Below are positions 18,582 through 26,067 of a stretch of DNA of 64,000 nucleotides, piece after piece. The DNA comes from an uncultured Alphaproteobacteria bacterium (GTDB taxonomy: Bacteria; Pseudomonadota; Alphaproteobacteria; RF32; CAG-239), in assembly GCA_910577095.1 (NCBI GenBank), contig CAJTLY010000007.1, positions 34,317 to 98,316 of the forward strand, written 5' to 3'. A model generated the notes under the pieces. That model was not told the origin of the DNA and ran no database searches. It was given only the letters and a program-made list of their open reading frames with translations. Numbering within the stretch: position 1 is the first letter of the stretch; each line of letters starts with the position of its first letter. Position numbers and translations under genes: made by a program.

Positions 18582-19107
18582 TTCGGTATACGGGGAAGGA
18601 TAAAAAAGAAATTGATACAATAAAATAAAAAATTATCCTCAGCATTTGGGTGGTTCGGGTCGGCTGATGGTTCAAGAAACAGTCTTTGGGTAAACATAAG
18701 CCGACCATTCCCCAAAAAGTGGAAGCATAAAAGATATATAAGGAGGTCAACGCAAAAATATCGTTATCTATTCGAGGAAAATTATAAGGTATATATTGAG
18801 ACAAAAAAACGATTAGAATTGAAAAAACAGATATCCATGTCACACGCTTTATAAATTGTCTCTTATTATAACTGAAAACGGCAAAGATGTACGCTACAAA
18901 TGCGATCGCCGGAGGAAAACTAAGTAAATCTTTCAGTCCGCTCAAGGCGGCTTGTAATATCGTTTGTCTACCGTTCGGATCTGCAAGCACAACTGTATAG
19001 AATAATCCGACTATAGTCGCACCGATAAAATACAGCGCTCTCACCACCTCAAACAATATTCGACCGTATTTCAAAAATTTCTCATTCTTCAAAACTTGCA
19101 ACATCAT
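18556..19107 (-). CDS. 5-TM paralog, array copy 2
   Basis: 183 aa. Same N-terminus and conserved blocks as the others. Its C-terminus differs because the ORF reads into the plus-strand relic. Confidence 0.7.
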   Translation of the reverse strand: MMLQVLKNEKFLKYGRILFEVVRALYFIGATIVGLFYTVVLADPNGRQTILQAALSGLKDLLSFPPAIAFVAYIFAVFSYNKRQFIKRVTWISVFSILIVFLSQYIPYNFPRIDNDIFALTSLYIFYASTFWGMVGLCLPKDCFLNHQPTRTTQMLRIIFYFIVSISFLSFPVYRIIRLLAVP

Positions 19108-19218
19108 TCTTCCTCCATTCCTAAAACTTTAGGCTAAATGAAAAATGATGTAAAGCTAAATTGTAAAATCCTCCGTCCTCAACAATCGTCCCCTCTCACG
19201 GCTAAATAATCGGAGATT
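19108..19218 (-). promoter_or_regulatory. conserved 111-nt leader of array copy 2
   Basis: Near-identical to the other leaders. Confidence 0.55.
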
Positions 19219-19746
19219 TTAGCCAAAGATATAATAAAGCAAAAAAGCAAAATAAGTGGAAAAAAGGATAAAATAAAAAATTATCCTCAGCACTTGGGTG
19301 GTTCGGGTCGGCTGATGGTCCAAGAAACAGTCTTTGGGCAAACATAAGCCGACCATTCCCCAAAAAGTGGAAGCATAAAAGATAAATACAGACCCTATAT
19401 ATAACAGACCATTGAAAGGAAGGTAAAAAAGCCTCATGTTCGTTATCAAATAAATAGCTCCCCCACTAAGTGATATCCAAGTTGCTCGTTTAATAAATTG
19501 CTCCTTGCTATAACTGAAAACGGCAAAAATGTATGCCGCAAACGCTATTGTCAGAGGAAAACCAAGTAAATCTTTCAGTCCCTCCCATGCGGCTTGTAAT
19601 ATACTCTGTCTGCCATTTGTATCCGAAACCACCAGATAAAACAATCCGATTAAAACTCCGCCGATAAAATACAGCGCCCTCACCACCTCAAACAATATCC
19701 GGCCGTATTTCAAAAATTTCTCATTCTTCAAAACTTGCAACATCAT
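19219..19746 (-). CDS. 5-TM paralog, array copy 3
   Basis: 175 aa. Same N-terminus and conserved blocks, ending LLYYIFG. Confidence 0.75.
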   Translation of the reverse strand: MMLQVLKNEKFLKYGRILFEVVRALYFIGGVLIGLFYLVVSDTNGRQSILQAAWEGLKDLLGFPLTIAFAAYIFAVFSYSKEQFIKRATWISLSGGAIYLITNMRLFYLPFNGLLYIGSVFIFYASTFWGMVGLCLPKDCFLDHQPTRTTQVLRIIFYFILFSTYFAFLLYYIFG

Positions 19747-19857
19747 TCTTCCTCCATTTCTAAAACTCTAGGCTAAATGAAAAATGATGTAAAGCTAAAT
19801 TGTAAAATCCTCCGTCCTCAACAATCGTCCCCTCTCACGGCTAAATAATCGGAGATT
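19747..19857 (-). promoter_or_regulatory. conserved 111-nt leader of array copy 3
   Basis: Near-identical to the other leaders. Confidence 0.55.
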
Positions 19858-20388
19858 TTAGCCAAAGATATAATAAAGCAAAAAAGCAAAATAAGTGGAA
19901 AAAAGGGTAAAATAAAAAATTATCCTCAGCACTTGGGTGGTTCGGGTCGGCTGATGGTCCAAGAAACAGTGTTTCGGCAAACATAAGCCGACTATCCCCC
20001 AAAAAGTGGAAGCAAAGAAAATATACATGGAACCCACGACTACCAGATCATTAAAAGGAACATGAAAAAATCTCATCTGAGTTATAATAGAAATAGCCAA
20101 CGTCAACAACGATATCCATGTCACACGTTTTATGAATTGTCTCTTATTATAACTGAAAACGGCAAAGATGTACGCTACAAATGCGATCGCCGGAGGAATG
20201 GTAAGTAAATCTTTCAGTCCGCTCAAGGCGGCTTGTAATATCGTTTGTCTACCGTTCGGATCTGCAAGCACAACTGTATAGAATAATCCGACTATAGTCG
20301 CGCCGATAAAATACAGCGCTCTCACTACCTCAAACAATATTCGGTCGTATTTCAAAAATTTCTCATTCTTTAAAACTTGCAACATCAT
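19858..20388 (-). CDS. 5-TM paralog, array copy 4
   Basis: 176 aa. The N-terminal half is nearly identical to copy 2 and the C-terminal end to copies 1 and 3. Confidence 0.75.
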   Translation of the reverse strand: MMLQVLKNEKFLKYDRILFEVVRALYFIGATIVGLFYTVVLADPNGRQTILQAALSGLKDLLTIPPAIAFVAYIFAVFSYNKRQFIKRVTWISLLTLAISIITQMRFFHVPFNDLVVVGSMYIFFASTFWGIVGLCLPKHCFLDHQPTRTTQVLRIIFYFTLFSTYFAFLLYYIFG

Positions 20389-20499
20389 TCTTCCTCCATT
20401 CCTAAAACTTTAGGCTAAATGAAAAATGATGTAAAGCTAAATTGTAAAATCCTCCGTCCTCAACAATCGTCCCCTCTCACGGCTAAATAATCGGAGATT
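20389..20499 (-). promoter_or_regulatory. conserved 111-nt leader of array copy 4
   Basis: Near-identical to the other leaders. Confidence 0.55.
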
Positions 20500-20523
20500 T
20501 TAACCAAAGATATAATAAAGCAA
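20500..20523 (-). pseudogene. truncated 3'-end relic of another paralog at the array edge
   Basis: ttaaccaaagatataataaagcaa matches the terminal codons plus stop of copies 3 and 4. Homology ends at about 20523. Confidence 0.55.
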
Positions 20524-20566
20524 GTGGAATTCTTCGTATTCGCAGCGGGCACGGAATTTTCGAGAC

Positions 20567-20596
20567 ACAAAAAAACTCCCCAAAATCGGGGAGTTT
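20567..20596 (-). terminator. Rho-independent terminator after the TPR gene
   Basis: On the minus strand, aaactcccc-gatttt-ggggagttt followed by a T-run. Separates the TPR gene from the array. Confidence 0.7.
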
Positions 20597-20613
20597 CAAA
20601 ATTCGGATCAAGC

Positions 20614-21552
20614 CTATTCTTCTTCGGCAGGCACCAAATCGGGCAGCATTCCGGTAGCCTTTTTGCGTTTAAGTTTGCTGACAAACTTAATCGAACGCTG
20701 GGCATCCCACTTTTTCTTGCCTTCTTCGATCTGGAAGATCTGTTTATAAATCTCTATCGCCTGATCAAACTCGGAAAGCTTGGTCAAACAACTGGCCAGA
20801 CCGTCATAGAGCTTGTGATGATAACGGTTTTCGTTAATCATCTGCGCTTTTTTATAACACTTAAGAGCATCGTTAAATTTCATCATTTTCTGATAAACAA
20901 AACCGATACTGATCCATGCCTGAATTTCGCGACTGTTGATATTCAGAATTTTGGTAAAGCATTTCAAAGCAGAATTGTTATCCCCCATCAGCTGATATGT
21001 TACACCGATACCGTTCCACGCTTTGATGTTCGACTTATCGTATGTCAGAACCTTTTTGAAGAACGAAATCGCACGTTCAAACTGTTTCAGCTTTTGCAGC
21101 GTTACCGCAATGCTGAGCAGTGTCTGGGTGTGTTTGTTGTCAATTTTCATTGCCTGTTCCAACACATCCAACGCTTCTTTATACAAATACATATGCTGCA
21201 GGGCAATTGCTTTGCCGTTCAGAGCTTCGAGCGACGTCGGGTCATTTACCACCGCCTGATCGAACTGGGCAATGGCATCTTTATACAGGCCGCGCATAGA
21301 CAGCGTCACGCCTTTGTTATTAATGACTTCAACCGATTGCGGATTGAGTTCCAGCGCCTTGTCAAAACACTCGACGGCTTCGGTATATCTGCTCAGTTTC
21401 TGCAGGGCAAACCCCTTAGAATTAAGAGCTTTCCAAGATTGCGGCTGTTCTTTAATTGCTTCGTCAAACTGGGCAATTGCTTCTTTGTACATACCTTGGT
21501 CCAACAGCTCCTGACCTCTCCGGTATGCGTTATTTTCATTTGTCTTAACCAT
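20614..21552 (-). CDS. tetratricopeptide (TPR) repeat protein
   Basis: 312 aa with about 8 tandem 34-aa TPR units (W/Y..G.....G.Y..A...F..A...P pattern). Confidence 0.85.
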   Translation of the reverse strand: MVKTNENNAYRRGQELLDQGMYKEAIAQFDEAIKEQPQSWKALNSKGFALQKLSRYTEAVECFDKALELNPQSVEVINNKGVTLSMRGLYKDAIAQFDQAVVNDPTSLEALNGKAIALQHMYLYKEALDVLEQAMKIDNKHTQTLLSIAVTLQKLKQFERAISFFKKVLTYDKSNIKAWNGIGVTYQLMGDNNSALKCFTKILNINSREIQAWISIGFVYQKMMKFNDALKCYKKAQMINENRYHHKLYDGLASCLTKLSEFDQAIEIYKQIFQIEEGKKKWDAQRSIKFVSKLKRKKATGMLPDLVPAEEE

Positions 21553-21622
21553 TAATTTCTCTCTTCACAAAATAATTTGAATTTGAAATTATCACCAAAA
21601 ACGTTTTTTGTCAACATCGCCG

Positions 21623-22573
21623 TTAAATAAATTTCAACTGGCGAAACAGTTCGACATCAGTCCGGGCTTCCATGTACCGGCAATTGAATTTGCGGCAAAA
21701 ATCACGCACGGCAGCCCTTCTGAGGGCAAAAAAGTTTTGATATTCTTTGCGGAAAGACGGGGGACGGCTGTCAAACACCAAGGTTTCGCCGTTGTTTTCC
21801 ACCATATATTCCCCGCTTTTCGGCGCCAGTTCTTCCAACATGTCAAAAACATTAATGCAAAAAACCTGGCTTTTTTTGGCTAATGCCGCCAACGCTTTGC
21901 GGGCTGCGTCGTCAAAAAAGGCAAAATCACTGATCACAAACACCGCCGCCTGACTTTTGATCATTTTGGTCATCAATTGCAACGGCCGCGTCAGGCCGTC
22001 GTCCGCTTTGGCTTTTCCGGCGTTGGGCAGAACTTTGCGCCCGGTTTCCGAAATTTTTTTCAAAACTGCCAGCAGATGAGCACGGTTTTGCTGCGGTTTA
22101 AACGTCCAAGTTTCTTTGCCGTCATAAAGGGCTGCGCCGAATCGGTCTTTATTTTCCTGCGCCAGCCAGCCGATCAAAGCGGCCGCCTTGCTGGCGGTGA
22201 CCGATTTCAGTTCCTTGCGGGTTCCGAAAACCATGCTCGGCGACAAATCGAGCAGCACATAAATTTCACGGTCTTTTTCTTCGGCATAAATTTTGGTATA
22301 AGGGCTTTTTTTGCGCGCCGTAACCCGCCAGTCAATGTCGCGCACGTCATCCCCGAAACTGTAAGCGCGGATTTCTTCCATTTCGATGCCGCGGCCCTTA
22401 AAAGCCGACTTCACCTCGCCGACACGATCCGAAGGCTGTATTTTGCCGCTTTGGCGGAGATATGCCAGATTCTTTCGCTGTTCCATCAGTTCTTCCAGCG
22501 ACGCATACAGGCCTCCGGCGTTTTCTTCGCGGCGACGGAACCAACCGGCCGCCATTTCGGCAAATTTTTGCAT
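21623..22573 (-). CDS. DUF58 domain-containing protein (vWA-like, MoxR partner)
   Basis: 316 aa. DVRDIDWRVTARK signature followed by the VLLDLSPSM vWA-like strand. Immediately downstream of the MoxR gene. Confidence 0.85.
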   Translation of the reverse strand: MQKFAEMAAGWFRRREENAGGLYASLEELMEQRKNLAYLRQSGKIQPSDRVGEVKSAFKGRGIEMEEIRAYSFGDDVRDIDWRVTARKKSPYTKIYAEEKDREIYVLLDLSPSMVFGTRKELKSVTASKAAALIGWLAQENKDRFGAALYDGKETWTFKPQQNRAHLLAVLKKISETGRKVLPNAGKAKADDGLTRPLQLMTKMIKSQAAVFVISDFAFFDDAARKALAALAKKSQVFCINVFDMLEELAPKSGEYMVENNGETLVFDSRPPSFRKEYQNFFALRRAAVRDFCRKFNCRYMEARTDVELFRQLKFI

Positions 22574-22599
22574 AACATTCCTCCTGCCGTTGCGGCTGC

Positions 22600-23571
22600 T
22601 TACGGCAGCGGTACCAGATTGAGCAGACGGCCGATAATGTCATCGGTACTGTAACCTTCTGCCTGGGCTTCAAAACTCAGGATAATCCGATGACGCAAAA
22701 CATCATAGACCACGGCATGAATATCTTCCGGCGTCACAAAATCGCGATCGTCCAGCCAGGCATTGATTTTTGCGCAACGGTCCAGAGCGATTGTCGCCCG
22801 CGGGCTGGCACCGAACATCACCATCCCCGCCAATTCCTGATCATATTTTTCCGGCTTGCGGGTCGCTACAATCAACTGCACCAGATATTCTTCCAGTTCC
22901 TTGCTGATATGTACCGACAGCGCTTCCCGCGTTGCCGCTTCCACATCGGCAATTTCGATCTTGTCAAAGCTTTTTTGCAGATTCGGCGTGCTGAGTGTCC
23001 CTTCGCCGCGGACCAGTTCAAGGATTTTGTGTTCGTCTTCAGCGCCCGGCTGATCAATGCGGATATACATTAAAAAGCGGTCCAACTGGGCCTCGGGCAA
23101 ATTGTAGGTTCCTTCGTGTTCGATCGGATTTTGAGTTGCCATCACCATAAACAGACGCGGCAGCAAAAAACGCTGGCCGCCGACGCTGACCTGACGTTCC
23201 GCCATCGCTTCCAGCAAAGCCGACTGAACTTTGGCCGGCGCACGGTTGATTTCATCGGCCAAAACCATGTTGGCAAAAATCGGTCCCTTGCGAAATTCGA
23301 ACTCGCCTTTCTGACTGACGTAAATCTCGCTTCCGGTAATATCGGACGGCAGCAGGTCGGGCGTAAACTGAATCCGGTTAAAGCTGGCGGAAATGCCGTC
23401 GGCCAGCGTTTTGACCGCCTTGGTTTTGGCCAGACCGGGCGCCCCTTCGACCAAAGCGTGTCCTTCGGCCAACAGGGTAATGATCATTTTTTTCACCAGA
23501 TCCCTCTGACCGATGATTCTGCTTTCCATATATTTCTTTAAGCCGATGATTTTATCGCGTGTCTCTGACAT
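22600..23571 (-). CDS. MoxR family AAA+ ATPase
   Basis: 323 aa with Walker A GAPGLAKT, Walker B VLADEINRA, and the QNPIEHEGTYNLPEAQLDRF motif. Confidence 0.92.
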   Translation of the reverse strand: MSETRDKIIGLKKYMESRIIGQRDLVKKMIITLLAEGHALVEGAPGLAKTKAVKTLADGISASFNRIQFTPDLLPSDITGSEIYVSQKGEFEFRKGPIFANMVLADEINRAPAKVQSALLEAMAERQVSVGGQRFLLPRLFMVMATQNPIEHEGTYNLPEAQLDRFLMYIRIDQPGAEDEHKILELVRGEGTLSTPNLQKSFDKIEIADVEAATREALSVHISKELEEYLVQLIVATRKPEKYDQELAGMVMFGASPRATIALDRCAKINAWLDDRDFVTPEDIHAVVYDVLRHRIILSFEAQAEGYSTDDIIGRLLNLVPLP

Positions 23572-23671
23572 AACTATCCTCTTGTTTATAGTTTAATAAA
23601 GCGCTTTTATTTAGATCAATAATAATATAATATAGGCGGAGACAAATAAAAAAACAAGAAGTATCCTGACA

Positions 23672-26020
23672 ATGAACGACATATTTGATTTGGCCGACGA
23701 AGAGCCTGCGGCCACTTATGACAATACCGCCCGGCTGATGCCCGAACTGCCGTGGCTGGAACAGCTTAACCCCGAACAGAAACTGGCCGCCACCACCACC
23801 GAAGGTCCTTTGTTGGTGCTTTCGGGTGCCGGTACCGGCAAGACTAAAGTGCTGACTGCCCGGCTGGCTTATATTTTGGCCACCATGAAAGCCAATCCGT
23901 GGAACTGTCTGGTGGTTACCTTTACCAACCGTGCCGCCCGCGAAATGCAAAACCGCGCCCACGGGCTGATCGGCAATATTGCGGATTCGGTGTGGATGGG
24001 AACTTTTCACGGCATTGCCGCCAAAATTCTGCGCCGTCATGCCGAAGTCGTCGGCTTAAAGAGCAACTTTACCATTCTCGGCGAAGACGACCAGCGCCGT
24101 TTAATCAAGCAAATTCTCGAAGCGGAAGGAATCGACGACAAGAAATATCCGCCGCAATCAATTTTGGACAAGATTCAGTTATGGAAAGACAAAGGACTGA
24201 CCGTGGATAAAATTGACAGCGGTTTCCGCGCCAACGTCGTCACCGAAGTTTATAAAAAATATCAGGCCCGCCTGCTCGAACTCAATTGCGTCGACTTCGG
24301 CGACATTCTGCTCTATACACTGAGCATTTTGATGTCGGATTCCGAAATTTTGGACCAGTATCAGGAACGTTTCAAGTACATCATGGTCGACGAGTATCAG
24401 GACACCAACGTCACCCAGTATCTGTTCCTGCGCCTGCTTTGCCAAAAATACCGCAACTTGTGCTGCGTCGGCGATGACGACCAGTCAATTTATTCGTGGC
24501 GCGGCGCCGAAATTGAAAACATCCTGCGTTTTGAAAAAGATTTTGCCGACGCCAAAGTGGTACGGCTGGAGCGCAACTATCGTTCCACCGCCAACATTCT
24601 GGCCGCCGCTTCCGCTTTAATTCGCCACAACCAGGGACGCCTCGGCAAAACGCTGAAAGTGGCCGAGAACTCCCCTGCCGCCCGCTGCGACAACGCCAAA
24701 ATCAAAGTCGTCAGCACCTACAGCGGTTCGGAAGAAGCCGCTTATATCGCCGACGAAATTGAAAACCTGCGCCGGGACGGCACCGAATACAGCCAAATGG
24801 CCATTCTCGTACGCACAGCCGCGCAAACCCGGGAATTTGAAGAGAAGTTTATTGCCGAAGCGATCCCCTACCAGGTCATCGGCGGACCGAAATTCTATGA
24901 ACGGGCCGAAATCCGCGATGCCCTTGCCTATTTGCGCGTGGTGATGCAACCGGCCGACGATCTGGCCTTGGAACGCATCATTAACAAGCCGGCGCGCGGC
25001 ATCGGCGCCAAAACAATCGAAAAATTTCAGATTGAGGCCCGTACCAACCATATTTCGATGTTTATGGCAATTGAGAAAATGCTTGCCGAAGGAACCCTGA
25101 GCGGCAAAGTCAAAACCAACGCCGCACAGTTGATCGCCAATTTTTACCAATGGCGGCAAATCATCAACGCAGTGTCTCCCGACGATCTGGCCGCTCAGGT
25201 GCTGGAGGATTCCGGCTATATGGAAATGCTGAAAAACGACAAGTCTGCCGAAGCCGAAGGAAGAATCGAAAACCTCAAAGAACTGATCAACGTTATGAGC
25301 GATACCGAGCAATATCCGACTTTAAACGACTTCATGGAACACGTCAGCTTGGTAATGGATACCGACAATAATTTCGATACCAACAAAGTGATGCTGATTA
25401 CGTTGCATTCCGCCAAGGGGCTGGAATTTGACGCCGTTTTTCTGCCCGGTTGGGAAGAAGGGCTGTTCCCGCATCAGCGCGCCCTCGACGAAGGCGGCAG
25501 CAATTCGTTGGAAGAAGAACGGCGGCTGGCCTATGTGGCCATCACCCGCGCCAAGCAGAAACTGTATATTCTGACTGCGCTCAACCGGCGGATTTACGGC
25601 CAATGGCAAAACAACATGCCGTCGCGTTTTATCAATGAGCTTCCGCCGGCAAACATCGAGATCTGCAATCAGGCCGCGGCTTATTTCGGCAACGGCGGCG
25701 CAAGTTATTCCAACAACTGGAGCAGCAAATACAAAAGCAGTTCCAACTGGTACAATCAAAAACAGGCTGCGGACGAACAAGTCATTCACGACAGCGAACG
25801 TTTCAGTTATGTCCGTGACGATTTCGGTTGGAGCGGCAGCATGTACCGTGCCAAACAAAAAGCCAAAAACGACGCTTCCGACACCCCGGTCGGTTCCCGC
25901 GTCTTTCACGAAACTTTCGGTTACGGCAAAGTGCTGAAAATTGAGGGTAACAAGCTGGAAATCTGGTTTGACCGGGCCGGTCACAAAAAGCTGTTAAAAG
26001 ATTATGTCCAAAAGGCATAA
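23672..26020 (+). CDS. uvrD: UvrD/Rep/PcrA family DNA helicase (DNA helicase II)
   Basis: 782 aa with GAGTGKT, MVDEYQDTN, YRS, TLHSAKGLEF and VAITRAK motifs. Confidence 0.93.
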   Translation: MNDIFDLADEEPAATYDNTARLMPELPWLEQLNPEQKLAATTTEGPLLVLSGAGTGKTKVLTARLAYILATMKANPWNCLVVTFTNRAAREMQNRAHGLIGNIADSVWMGTFHGIAAKILRRHAEVVGLKSNFTILGEDDQRRLIKQILEAEGIDDKKYPPQSILDKIQLWKDKGLTVDKIDSGFRANVVTEVYKKYQARLLELNCVDFGDILLYTLSILMSDSEILDQYQERFKYIMVDEYQDTNVTQYLFLRLLCQKYRNLCCVGDDDQSIYSWRGAEIENILRFEKDFADAKVVRLERNYRSTANILAAASALIRHNQGRLGKTLKVAENSPAARCDNAKIKVVSTYSGSEEAAYIADEIENLRRDGTEYSQMAILVRTAAQTREFEEKFIAEAIPYQVIGGPKFYERAEIRDALAYLRVVMQPADDLALERIINKPARGIGAKTIEKFQIEARTNHISMFMAIEKMLAEGTLSGKVKTNAAQLIANFYQWRQIINAVSPDDLAAQVLEDSGYMEMLKNDKSAEAEGRIENLKELINVMSDTEQYPTLNDFMEHVSLVMDTDNNFDTNKVMLITLHSAKGLEFDAVFLPGWEEGLFPHQRALDEGGSNSLEEERRLAYVAITRAKQKLYILTALNRRIYGQWQNNMPSRFINELPPANIEICNQAAAYFGNGGASYSNNWSSKYKSSSNWYNQKQAADEQVIHDSERFSYVRDDFGWSGSMYRAKQKAKNDASDTPVGSRVFHETFGYGKVLKIEGNKLEIWFDRAGHKKLLKDYVQKA

Positions 26021-26025
26021 CCGTA

Positions 26026-26051
26026 AAAAGCCCGGATATTCGGGCCTTTTA
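26026..26051. terminator. short bidirectional hairpin between convergent genes
   Basis: aaaagcccg-gatatt-cgggcctttt. Confidence 0.45.
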
Positions 26052-26067
26052 CATAACCTTAAACTTC

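Larger units (their letters stand above)
17832..20523 (-). repeat. tandem gene-cassette array (4 full units plus relics, unit ~640-745 bp)
   Basis: Gene starts at 18362, 19107, 19746 and 20388. Each unit is one gene plus a 111-nt leader. Confidence 0.9.

Noticed and set aside
17841-20388. Variable blocks in the paralogs as targets of a diversity-generating retroelement or invertase-driven phase variation.
   Set aside because: The window contains no reverse transcriptase, template repeat, recombinase or flanking inverted repeats. Block sharing between copies is better explained by recombination or gene conversion.
17832-20523. Regularly spaced repeats that could be mistaken for a CRISPR array.
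   Set aside because: The repeat unit is ~640-745 bp and consists of a full protein-coding gene plus a 111-nt leader. There are no short 25-40 nt direct repeats with unique spacers and no cas genes.
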